A stretch of DNA of 11,588 nt from Alphaproteobacteria bacterium (GTDB lineage Bacteria > Pseudomonadota > Alphaproteobacteria > BOG-932 > Roseiterribacteraceae). The DNA lies in assembly GCA_036271255.1 (NCBI GenBank), contig DATBAZ010000201.1, positions 1 to 11,588 of the forward strand, written 5' to 3'. The notes under the pieces were generated by a model, which saw only the letters and a program-made list of their open reading frames with translations, searched no databases and was not told where the DNA came from. Both the position numbers and the translations under genes were made by a program. Positions 1 through 7,010 of the stretch are shown piece by piece. Positions within the stretch are counted from its first letter, which is position 1, and each line of letters begins with the position of its first letter.

Positions 1-116
1 GTCAGTACATGGACTTTGCAGTCATGCTGGTCCGAGAACCATAATTTGCCGTCGTGCCAACGCGGCCCCTCGGGAAAGACGAAGCCGGTTGCCAGCGTCC
101 TCGCTTGTATTTCCAT
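1..116 (-). CDS. Partial CDS (N-terminus only; continues past the left edge). Putative SMP-30/gluconolactonase/LRE-family protein.
   Basis: ATG at 116..114 on the minus strand, 5 nt downstream of the aminotransferase stop (TGA at 124..122). The frame stays open to position 1. My hand translation is MEIQARTLATGFVFPEGPRWHDGKLWFSDQHDCKVHVL. The motif FPEGPxWhDGkLwFSD resembles the conserved N-terminal strand of SMP-30/gluconolactonase/LRE proteins. The six-frame track does not list it because it is short and truncated. Its GC3 is lower than in neighbouring genes. Confidence 0.4.
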   Translation of the reverse strand, partial: MEIQARTLATGFVFPEGPRWHDGKLWFSDQHDCKVHVL

Positions 117-121
117 GGCGC

Positions 122-1342
122 TCAGTTCCGGGCGCAGGCGCGCAGGATGCTGCCCAGTTTGGCAATGCCGTCGGCGACGACTTTTTCCGATACGTGGCTA
201 TAGGCCAGGCGCAGGAACTGCCGCCCATCGGTCTCACCCATGAAGCGTTCGCCCGGGCGGAAGAAGATGCCCTCCTGCTCGGCCAGCCGGGCGGCGCGGG
301 CCCAGTCGACGCGGTTGTCGATCTCGACCCACAGATAGAATGAGCCGCGCGGCTCGCGGAACTTCACGTAAGGGGCGCAATGCTCCTTCATCGCCTTGAC
401 CGCGACCGTCGCCTTGGACTTGTAGATCGCCCGCGCCTTCTCCAGGTGCGGCTCCAGCAGCCCTTCCTTCAGATACTCGTCCATCACCCGGGCCAGCCAC
501 TGGCCGACGCCCAGATCCTGGCGCACGGCGGCCAGCCCGCCGATGGCGCGCGGGTCGCCGGCCATCCAGCCGAGCCTGAGGCCCGGGGCTACGATCTTGC
601 TGAAGCTGCCGCATTGGATGACCAGGCCGCTATCGTCCATCGACAGCAGGGTCGGCAGGTCTTCGCCGGCGAAGCGCAGGTCGCCATAGACCTCGTCCTC
701 GACGATGAGGAAGCCGTTCTGCTTCGCCAGGTCCAGCAGTTGATGCCGGCGCGAGACCGACATCTCGGTGTTGGTCGGTGTCTGGAAGGTCGGGATGCAA
801 TAGACCATCTTGACGGTCTTGCCCTCGGCCGCGATGGCCTTCAGCATCCCGGGGATCGCCTCGACCTCCATCCCCTGATGGTCGACCGGCACCGGCCGCA
901 CATCGGCGCCCACCATGCTCATATAGCGTAACGCATAGGGGAAGGACGCGGCCTCGACCAGCACGACGTCGCCCGGATTGACGAAGCCGTTGACCGCCAG
1001 CGAGATGCCCTGGACCGAGCCCGAGGTCAGGATGAAACCCATGGGGCCGAGGTCGCGCCCCTGCATACGCTTCAGCCGCTCCGCCAGTCGAATGCGTAAT
1101 TGGCGATAGCCGTAGACCAGCTCCTCATAGCCGGTGGCCGGATCGAAATAATCGAGCACGTCCGGCCCGTCGCGGTCGAGCACCAGCTTGGTCAGGCGGA
1201 CCAGATCTTCCTTGGGGAAGCTCTCCGGCGCGGCCAGGCCCTGGTCGAAATTGAAGACCGCCGGCACCTCCGGATTGGGGAAAAAGAGCGGCGGACCGTC
1301 GCCCGCGACGGCCGAATACAGCTTCTCGATCTCGACGCTCAT
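122..1342 (-). CDS. PLP-dependent aminotransferase, class I/II fold (AAT_I/II; 2-aminoadipate/aromatic/kynurenine aminotransferase-like). 406 aa.
   Basis: 406-aa ORF with ATG at 1342..1340 and TGA at 124..122. The motif SFSKIVAPGLRLGW carries the PLP-binding lysine, in the usual class-I/II context (..GSFSK...pGlRlG..). A good SD (GGGGAAG) sits 5-11 nt upstream, in the 30-bp spacer after cdh. Codon usage and GC3 match the host genome. Confidence 0.85.
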   Translation of the reverse strand: MSVEIEKLYSAVAGDGPPLFFPNPEVPAVFNFDQGLAAPESFPKEDLVRLTKLVLDRDGPDVLDYFDPATGYEELVYGYRQLRIRLAERLKRMQGRDLGPMGFILTSGSVQGISLAVNGFVNPGDVVLVEAASFPYALRYMSMVGADVRPVPVDHQGMEVEAIPGMLKAIAAEGKTVKMVYCIPTFQTPTNTEMSVSRRHQLLDLAKQNGFLIVEDEVYGDLRFAGEDLPTLLSMDDSGLVIQCGSFSKIVAPGLRLGWMAGDPRAIGGLAAVRQDLGVGQWLARVMDEYLKEGLLEPHLEKARAIYKSKATVAVKAMKEHCAPYVKFREPRGSFYLWVEIDNRVDWARAARLAEQEGIFFRPGERFMGETDGRQFLRLAYSHVSEKVVADGIAKLGSILRACARN

Positions 1343-1372
1343 CGCTTCCCCGTGATTCTTACAATTTGTGAA

Positions 1373-2107
1373 TTAGTTCAGCACCGCGCAGTCGTGGTCA
1401 AGCAGCGTTTCGCTCGACGCGCTGTCCATGTCGGCGATGCTCGCACGGTCGGCCAGCAGATAGAAGCCGGGCCGGCCGCCGGGGAACACCGCGCCGACGA
1501 CGGTCAGCGTCTCCCGCCCCATGCCGGCCCCGGCTTCCTCGTCGCCTTCCGACAGGACCTTGAACGGATTGCGAGTCAGCTCCGCCCCGTCCAGCCGCAT
1601 GACGCGATAACGGTGGCCGGCCAGATCGACGTCCAGCACTGACCAGGCATTGCCGATCTTCGCATCGTTGTCCTTCAGCGCCTGGCGCACATCGGGCCTG
1701 ATGCAGTCGATATGGATATGCAGCTGGTTCTGGCTGCGCCCGTAGGCGGAATTGACGGACAGCCCGATATCGTCGCGCTGGATCGGCTTGCCGGCCTGCT
1801 TCTCGGTGAAGCTACGGGCGGCCCAGGCGGCGGCGAAATAATTCGGCGCGGTCGGCATCAAGGTGCGCCGGTCTTCGATGCCGGTGACGACAGTCGTCGG
1901 GATCAGCAGGAACTGGGTGTTGCCGCGTCTGTCCTTCAGCACCGCGAAGCCGCCTTTGAGATCGACCTCGGCGCAGGGCGCGGGGCCTTTGCCGGCTTTC
2001 TCGTGCGGCACGCACTGGCCGATCACAATCTTCTTCAGCGCATCGGAATCGGCGCAGGCCGGCAGGGCGGCCAGGGCGAGCCCTGCCGCCAGACACAGCA
2101 CTCTCAC
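1373..2107 (-). CDS. cdh: CDP-diacylglycerol pyrophosphatase (Cdh family, HIT-like fold). Exported, with a Sec signal peptide.
   Basis: The protein is collinear with E. coli Cdh over the whole mature region. It has the diagnostic RSQNQLHIHIDCIRPDV segment (E. coli RTQNHFHIHISCIRPDV). Other shared blocks include PCAEV..G.vVLKD, the PxYF-type motif and DHxC near the C-terminus. I place the start at GTG 2107..2105, giving MRVLCLAAGLALAALPACA|DSD with an AxA signal-peptidase site; a GTG at 2101 is an alternative. The ORF-track start at 2224 adds an Arg-rich extension that overlaps the upstream gene out of frame, so I discard it. The GTG overlaps the upstream stop as GTGA. The stop is TAA at 1375..1373. 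Confidence 0.8.
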   Translation of the reverse strand: MRVLCLAAGLALAALPACADSDALKKIVIGQCVPHEKAGKGPAPCAEVDLKGGFAVLKDRRGNTQFLLIPTTVVTGIEDRRTLMPTAPNYFAAAWAARSFTEKQAGKPIQRDDIGLSVNSAYGRSQNQLHIHIDCIRPDVRQALKDNDAKIGNAWSVLDVDLAGHRYRVMRLDGAELTRNPFKVLSEGDEEAGAGMGRETLTVVGAVFPGGRPGFYLLADRASIADMDSASSETLLDHDCAVLN

Positions 2108-3102
2108 GGGTCGGACCGCTCGGTCAGGGTCGGCCAGAAGGCGTCTGCGCCGGCGGCGATGACCTGCTTCCCCAGGATGCCGGACCAGCCTGCGTCGCTG
2201 CCGAACTCGGACCGCCACGCCCACAGGCGGCGGGTCAGCGGGTGCAGGCTGTATTCCTTGGTGAAGCCGATCGCGCCATGAACCTGATGCGCGGTCGATG
2301 TGCCGATGCCGATCGCCATGTTGGCGCGCAGCTTGGCGGCGGCCACCTCGAAATCGGCAGCGCCGTCATATTTCCCGGCGGCGGCGAAGGCGGCCTGGCC
2401 GGCGCAGTTCACGGCGGCGGCCTCCTCCGCGAACACCGCCAGGTTCTGCTGCAGCGCCTGGAACTTGCCGATCGGCTTACCGAACTGCACCCGCTCATTG
2501 GCATAGGCGATGGACTGCGCCAGCGCCGCATCCATGGCGCCGGCGATCTGGGCGCTGCGGATGAGGGCGCCAAGCTTGAAAAGATCGACGTCCGAGGCTG
2601 CGGCGGCCACAGCGGCATCGGTGAACCGCAGCGTGTCGCGGGGCTCGTCGGCGAGGTTCTGGTGCGTCTCGACGGTCGCGTCGGTCGGGTTCAGCCGGAT
2701 CAGTTGCCCCTCCAGCACGGCAACGACGACCGCGGCCTCGCGGCCCCAGGGGACGTTGGTCACGGTGCCGGTGAACCGTCCGTTCGTCAGCCCGCCTTCG
2801 ACCTCGGGCGCGATGGTCGCCAGCCCGTCGGGCAGTTCCAAACCGGCCCGGCTCAGCAGCCACGCGGCGACGATCGCCTCGCCCACCGGCAGCGGCAGGG
2901 CGTGATAGCCGGCGAGACGCAGCACGGCGAAGGCATCGGCCCACGAACCGCCGAAGCCGCCATCGGCCTCCGGCACCAGCAGCAGCGGGAAGGCAGCCTC
3001 TTCGACCGGCGCCCAAAGGTCCGCGAAGGGGTCGTTCCGTTTTCCGCTCAAGTCCCCGAACAGGCGGGCGGCGGCGTCGGTCAGGAGGGATTCGTCGCTC
3101 AT
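2104..3102 (-). CDS. Acyl-CoA dehydrogenase family protein, short (332 aa). Probably the beta-type subunit of a heteromeric ACAD.
   Basis: ATG at 3102..3100 overlaps the stop of the upstream ACAD (ATGA at 3102..3099). ERVQFGKPIGKFQALQQNLA matches the ACAD C-terminal-domain signature (R.qFG.pi..fQ..q..La). GAIGFTKEYSLHPLTRRLW matches the ACAD C-terminal helix region. The N-terminal domain is shorter than in canonical ~380-aa ACADs, as in the non-catalytic partners of alpha2beta2 ACADs. There is no obvious SD, which fits translational coupling. Confidence 0.78.
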   Translation of the reverse strand: MSDESLLTDAAARLFGDLSGKRNDPFADLWAPVEEAAFPLLLVPEADGGFGGSWADAFAVLRLAGYHALPLPVGEAIVAAWLLSRAGLELPDGLATIAPEVEGGLTNGRFTGTVTNVPWGREAAVVVAVLEGQLIRLNPTDATVETHQNLADEPRDTLRFTDAAVAAAASDVDLFKLGALIRSAQIAGAMDAALAQSIAYANERVQFGKPIGKFQALQQNLAVFAEEAAAVNCAGQAAFAAAGKYDGAADFEVAAAKLRANMAIGIGTSTAHQVHGAIGFTKEYSLHPLTRRLWAWRSEFGSDAGWSGILGKQVIAAGADAFWPTLTERSDP

Positions 3103-4250
3103 CTGAGGCCCAAATTCCGTGCGATGATGCCGCGCAATATTTCGCGGGTGCCGCCGCGCAGCGAGAAGGATGGGGTGATCTGGAGCAGCAGCGCGGTCAG
3201 CCGCGCCAAGTCGGTGTTCCCGGACAGGTCGAGATCGACGGCGGCCTGGACCAGCCGGGGCAGCTCCTGCTCGAACGTATTGCCCAGGTCCTTGACGATG
3301 GCAGCCTCAAGCATCGGGTCGTTGCCGGCCGCGAGCTGCGCCGCCGTCGACATCGACATCTGGCGTAAGGTCCACAGTTCCGCGCTCAGCCGCCCGATCA
3401 GCGCGGTCATCGCCGCGTCCGGGTTGGGACCGGCGTGGCGCATCAGCTCGAGGAACAGGGCGAAGCAGGAGATGTAGCGCTCGGGGCCGGAGCGTTCGAG
3501 CGACAGCTCGGCCGTCACCTGCTTCCAGCCTTCGCCCTCGGTGCCGGCGATCATGTCGCCGGGGATGAAGAGGTCGTCGAAGAACACCTCGTTGAAATCG
3601 TGGCCGCCGGCCAGGTCGATGATCGGGCGCACGGTGACGGCGGGGTCGGTCAGGTCGACCAGGAACTGGCTGAGGCCCTCATGCCGCCCGCCCGGCTCTC
3701 CCGTGCGAAAAAGGGCGATCATCAGCCCGGCATTGTGGGCGTTGGTTGTCCACACCTTCTGGCCGCTGACCCGCCAGCCGTCGCCGTCGCGGATCGCGCG
3801 GATGCGGACGGAGGCGAGATCGGATCCGGTACCGGGCTCGCTCATGCCGATGCAGCCATAGAGCTCACCGGCGGCGATGCGCGGCAGGAACTTCATCTTC
3901 TGCGCCTCGGTGCCATAGCGCAGGATCAGCGGGCCGGTCTGGCGGTCGGCGATCCAATGCATGCCGACGGGCGCGCCGGCGGCCAGCAGCTCCTCCAGCA
4001 CGATATAGCGCTCCAGCGGGTGGCGCTCGTGCCCGCCATAGCGCTTCGGCCAGATCATGCCGATATAGCCGGCCTTGCCCAGCGCCCGGCTGAATTCCCG
4101 ATTGCCGACGGCCCAGCTATTGGCCCGCTGCGGCGCCTCGGTCGGCGGCATATGCTGCTTGATGAAGGCGCGGATCTCGTCCCTGAGCCCGGCCGCGCCC
4201 GGCGGCGGGGCGAAGGGTGATACGCGGAATGTCTGTATCGGTTGTGTCAT
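3099..4250 (-). CDS. Acyl-CoA dehydrogenase, 383 aa. Probably the alpha-type subunit of a heteromeric ACAD.
   Basis: Start at ATG 4250..4248 (MTQPIQTFRV...). The longer ORF-track start at 4511 lies in a different frame over the 3' end of the upstream oxidoreductase gene, so I reject it. GMSEPGTGSDLASV is the ACAD middle-domain motif. The C-terminus SLRGGTREILRGIIAR aligns with the canonical IYEGTSEIQRLIIAR helix. The stop TGA at 3101..3099 overlaps the next start. Confidence 0.8.
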   Translation of the reverse strand: MTQPIQTFRVSPFAPPPGAAGLRDEIRAFIKQHMPPTEAPQRANSWAVGNREFSRALGKAGYIGMIWPKRYGGHERHPLERYIVLEELLAAGAPVGMHWIADRQTGPLILRYGTEAQKMKFLPRIAAGELYGCIGMSEPGTGSDLASVRIRAIRDGDGWRVSGQKVWTTNAHNAGLMIALFRTGEPGGRHEGLSQFLVDLTDPAVTVRPIIDLAGGHDFNEVFFDDLFIPGDMIAGTEGEGWKQVTAELSLERSGPERYISCFALFLELMRHAGPNPDAAMTALIGRLSAELWTLRQMSMSTAAQLAAGNDPMLEAAIVKDLGNTFEQELPRLVQAAVDLDLSGNTDLARLTALLLQITPSFSLRGGTREILRGIIARNLGLR

Positions 4251-4314
4251 CGAATCTGCGCGTTCTCCGGCAAAGCCGTCTTCCCCATGTCCCCAAGTCT
4301 TATAGCGCCTTCCC

Positions 4315-5418
4315 TCAGGGTTGCACGAGCCGTGCGACCTCCTGACCGATGGCCAAGGATGCGGTGAGGCCAGGCGATTCGATGCCGAACAGATTGACGA
4401 TGCCGGGAACGCCGTGCGTCTCGGGCCCGTCGATGCGGAAATCGGCGTCCGGCTCGCCGGGGCCGGCGATCTTGGGCCGGATTCCAGCATAGCCGGGGAT
4501 GAGCCGCCCATCCTTCAGCCCCGGCCAATAGCGCCGGATCGCCATCTGGAATTTCTCCAGCCGCGCCGGGTCGACCGTGTAGTCCGGCCTGTCGACCCAT
4601 TCGATGTCGGGGCCGAACTTGGCCTGCCCGCCCAGGTCGAGCGTCAGATGGGTGCCCAGGCCCCCCGGCTCGGGCATCGGATAGATCAGCCGGCTGAAGG
4701 GCGACTTGCCGCTCAAGGTGAAATAATTGCCCTTGGCCAGCCACGCGCGGGGGATGTGATGGGGCGGGAAGCCTTCGATCCGCCGCGCCACCGCGACCGC
4801 GTCCAGCCCTGCGCTGTTGACCACCAGCCGGGCGGACAGGGACGGCGCGTCTTCGCCACTCACGGTCACGGCGATACGGCCGCCCCGGGGCTCGAGCCGG
4901 GTTACGCCGGCGCCATAGGCGATCACCGCGCCATGCGCCTCGGCATCGCCCAGCAGGGACAGCATCAGCCCGTGCCCGTCGACGATGCCGGTCGAAGGCG
5001 ACAGCAGCGCGGCGGTGCAGTTGAGCTCGGGCTCCAGCCGCTGGGCTTGTGCCGCGGTCAGCCGGACCAGATCGTCGACGCCGTTGCGCGCTGCCCGTTG
5101 CCGGATGGCCTCGGCGGCCGATTGCTCCCCGGACACCGCGACGATCAGCTTGCCGCACTGGCGGTGGGCGATCTTGTGGTCCCGGCAATAATCGTAGAGC
5201 AGCGCGCGCCCGGCGACGCAGAGCCGCGCCTTCAGCGAGCCTTCCGGGTAGTAGATGCCGGCATGGATGACCTCGCTGTTGCGCGCGCTGACGCCGGAAC
5301 CGAACAGGTGCTCGCGTTCCAGGATCAGGGTTTCGCGGCCGGCCATGGCGATCGCCCGGGCGATCGCCAGCCCGACGACGCCGGCGCCGATGACGACGCA
5401 GTCGATTTCATCCGCCAT
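4315..5418 (-). CDS. FAD-dependent oxidoreductase of the L-2-hydroxyglutarate oxidase/dehydrogenase (LhgO/YgaF, DAO superfamily) type. 367 aa.
   Basis: N-terminal Rossmann dinucleotide motif [16 protein letters not shown]-terminal [15 protein letters not shown] motif, typical of LhgO-like and DAO-family FAD oxidoreductases. ATG at 5418..5416 and TGA at 4317..4315. It is the first gene of the minus-strand cluster and diverges from the ACAD at 5466. Confidence 0.8.
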   Translation of the reverse strand: MADEIDCVVIGAGVVGLAIARAIAMAGRETLILEREHLFGSGVSARNSEVIHAGIYYPEGSLKARLCVAGRALLYDYCRDHKIAHRQCGKLIVAVSGEQSAAEAIRQRAARNGVDDLVRLTAAQAQRLEPELNCTAALLSPSTGIVDGHGLMLSLLGDAEAHGAVIAYGAGVTRLEPRGGRIAVTVSGEDAPSLSARLVVNSAGLDAVAVARRIEGFPPHHIPRAWLAKGNYFTLSGKSPFSRLIYPMPEPGGLGTHLTLDLGGQAKFGPDIEWVDRPDYTVDPARLEKFQMAIRRYWPGLKDGRLIPGYAGIRPKIAGPGEPDADFRIDGPETHGVPGIVNLFGIESPGLTASLAIGQEVARLVQP

Positions 5419-5465
5419 GCGCCCGGTCTATAGAAGCCGCGCCATTGAAGCGAGTGGGGAAAATC
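5419..5465. promoter_or_regulatory. 47-bp divergent intergenic region containing the 8-bp perfect palindrome TCTATAGA (5427-5434). Candidate shared promoter/operator.
   Basis: This is the only non-coding DNA between the divergent start codons at 5418 (minus) and 5466 (plus). TCTATAGA is self-complementary and is the only AT-rich hexamer context in the spacer; it reads TATAGA on both strands (-10-like). A good SD (GTGGGGA) lies 5 nt before ATG 5466. No -35 element is evident. Confidence 0.3.
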
Positions 5466-6653
5466 ATGATCGACTATCACCGTTCGGCGCTGGAGCTGGA
5501 GTTGGAGGCCAAGACCCAGGCCTTCATCCGCGACCAGGTCATCCCCTATGAGCACGACCCCCGCATCCTGGAGCATGGGCCGTCGGACGAGCTGCGCGTC
5601 GCGTTGCAGGCCAAGGCCAGGGAAGCGGGCCTTCTGGTGCCGCACCTGCCCCAGGCCTATGGCGGCCATGGTTTGAATCACCGGCAGACGGCAACCGTCT
5701 TCCGCGCCGCCGGCTATTCGCTGCTGGGCTCGGTGGCGATGAACATCATGGCGCCCGACGAGGGCAATATGTACCTGCTGGACCAGGTCGGCACACCGGA
5801 GCAGAAGGCGCATTTCCTGCGCCCGCTGGCGGCCGGCGAGACCCGGTCGGCCTTCTTCATGACCGAGCCCGACGGCGGCGCCGGCTCTGACCCGTCGCTG
5901 CTCGCCACCACCGCGCGGCGCGACGGCAACCATTGGGTGATCTCGGGCCGCAAATGGCTGATCACCGGGGCCGAGGGCGCCGGCGTCGGCATCGTCATGG
6001 CCAAGACCGAAAACGCGGCGACCCTGTTCCTGATCGACCTGCCGCATCCCGGCGTGGTGATCGAGCGGGTGCTGCACACGATCGACCGCACCATGCCGGG
6101 CGGCCACGCGGTGGTGCGGTTCGACGATGTGCGGGTCGATGCCGACCAGATACTGGGCGAGGTCGAGGGCGGCTTCACCGCCGCGCAGATTCGCCTGGCG
6201 CCGGCGCGGCTGACCCACTGCATGCGCTGGTGGGGGGCCGCCAACCGCGCCCATGTCGTCGCCACCGACTACGCCTATCACCGGCAGGGTTTCGGCAAGC
6301 CGCTGATCGATCATGAGGGCGTCGGTTTCATGCTGGCCGACAACGAGATCGACCTGCACCAGGCGCTGCTGACCATCGACCACGCCGCTTGGGTACTGGA
6401 CCAGCACGGCCCCTTGCGCGACGACACCGCCGTTTCCGGCCGGGCCAAGGTCGCCGTGTCGGAGGCGCTGTTCCGGGTCGCCGACCGCTGCGTCCAGGTC
6501 ATGGGCGGCGCGGGCGTGACGGGTGACAGCCCGGTTCAGCAGATCTTCCGCGACATCCGCGCCTTCCGCATCTATGACGGCCCGACCGAGGTCCATAAAT
6601 GGTCAATCGCCAAGCGGATCAAGGCGGGGCTGCGCGACAGGAAGCCTGCCTAA
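5466..6653 (+). CDS. Acyl-CoA dehydrogenase family protein, 395 aa, with Asp replacing the canonical catalytic Glu (YDGPTEVH). Possibly ACAD10/11-/LvaC-like.
   Basis: I take ATG 5466, preceded by the SD GTGGGGA; the track's TTG at 5445 is less likely. Typical ACAD N-terminus (LLVPHLPQAYGGHGL) and middle domain (FFMTEPDGGAGSDPS). The C-terminal helix RAFRIYDGPTEVHKWSIAKRI aligns with IYEGTSEIQRLIIAR, with D in place of E. Stop TAA at 6651-6653. Confidence 0.85.
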   Translation: MIDYHRSALELELEAKTQAFIRDQVIPYEHDPRILEHGPSDELRVALQAKAREAGLLVPHLPQAYGGHGLNHRQTATVFRAAGYSLLGSVAMNIMAPDEGNMYLLDQVGTPEQKAHFLRPLAAGETRSAFFMTEPDGGAGSDPSLLATTARRDGNHWVISGRKWLITGAEGAGVGIVMAKTENAATLFLIDLPHPGVVIERVLHTIDRTMPGGHAVVRFDDVRVDADQILGEVEGGFTAAQIRLAPARLTHCMRWWGAANRAHVVATDYAYHRQGFGKPLIDHEGVGFMLADNEIDLHQALLTIDHAAWVLDQHGPLRDDTAVSGRAKVAVSEALFRVADRCVQVMGGAGVTGDSPVQQIFRDIRAFRIYDGPTEVHKWSIAKRIKAGLRDRKPA

Positions 6654-6710
6654 GCAGCGATTGTTCGGATTTTGGAAACGGTAAGTCTCGGAATCCACCA
6701 CTAATCGCCG

Positions 6711-6720
6711 CGCGTACGCG
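6711..6720. promoter_or_regulatory. 10-bp perfect palindrome CGCGTACGCG in a lower-GC intergenic region. Candidate operator upstream of the small ORF and FMN-reductase genes.
   Basis: The sequence is self-complementary. It sits in a 120-bp non-coding stretch (6654-6773) whose GC is clearly lower than the flanking genes, ~55 bp upstream of ATG 6774. It is followed by TGATTATTTGACC, which has -10/-35-like hexamers in atypical order. Confidence 0.25.
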
Positions 6721-6773
6721 TGATTATTTGACCATTTGCCAGCCTGGATCGGCGGCAATGGGACGAGAAGATC

Positions 6774-7010
6774 ATGATTGTCGCGGGTTTGAACCATATC
6801 GGGCACACGGTTTCGGCAGTGTCCACGGTGCTGAATATTCCGGAGCGCGGGCGCAGCGCCGCGCCGGTGTTGCTGACCGTGGCGGGCTTCACCCCGGTCC
6901 AGGTCGAGATATTGATTACCGGTTTCGTAGCCGCATTGGCCGCCATGCAGTTGATCCTGCGCCGCAGCCGGGGCTTACTGCCGATCCGTATTCCCGTGCG
7001 CCGACACTGA
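6774..7010 (+). CDS. Hypothetical small protein, 78 aa, with two hydrophobic segments. Candidate small membrane protein.
   Basis: ATG at 6774 is preceded by GGGACGAGAAG (SD-like). G/C dominates the third codon positions, like genuine genes of this genome, even though the flanking non-coding DNA is lower in GC. It ends at TGA 7008-7010, 19 bp before the FMN-reductase ATG, which has its own AAGGA SD. It has no recognisable family. The competing ORFs here (6599..7099 plus, 6701..7015 minus) overlap real genes out of frame. Confidence 0.35.
   Translation: MIVAGLNHIGHTVSAVSTVLNIPERGRSAAPVLLTVAGFTPVQVEILITGFVAALAAMQLILRRSRGLLPIRIPVRRH

Noticed and set aside
2242-3477. 411-aa plus-strand ORF (plus the nested ORFs at 2298..2564, 2300..2506 and 2510..2905) opposite the ACAD genes.
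   Set aside because: It lies antisense to two well-supported ACAD genes. The product is Arg/Gly/Pro-rich and low-complexity (RRRRRPGRRSSRRRPPP) with no recognisable motifs. This is the typical GC-rich antisense frame artefact.
4251-4511. N-terminal 87-aa extension of the large ACAD as listed in the ORF track (start 4511).
   Set aside because: The extension ([23 protein letters not shown]...) is Ser/Pro/Arg-rich. It overlaps the 3' end of the upstream oxidoreductase gene (4315-4511) in another frame. The ATG at 4250 gives a canonical ACAD N-terminus.
4247-5188. 313-aa minus-strand ORF (and the 4321..5433 plus-strand 370-aa ORF) overlapping the LhgO-like gene.
   Set aside because: These are alternative frames over a gene with clear Rossmann and C-terminal FAD-oxidoreductase motifs. 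Their products are Arg/Pro/Gly-rich low-complexity sequence. Their start regions overlap neighbouring real genes out of frame.
5325-6596. 423-aa minus-strand ORF and 183-aa ORF (5714..6265) antisense to the plus-strand ACAD.
   Set aside because: They are antisense to a gene with full-length ACAD motifs. They have low-complexity Arg/Gly/Ala composition and no start/RBS context.
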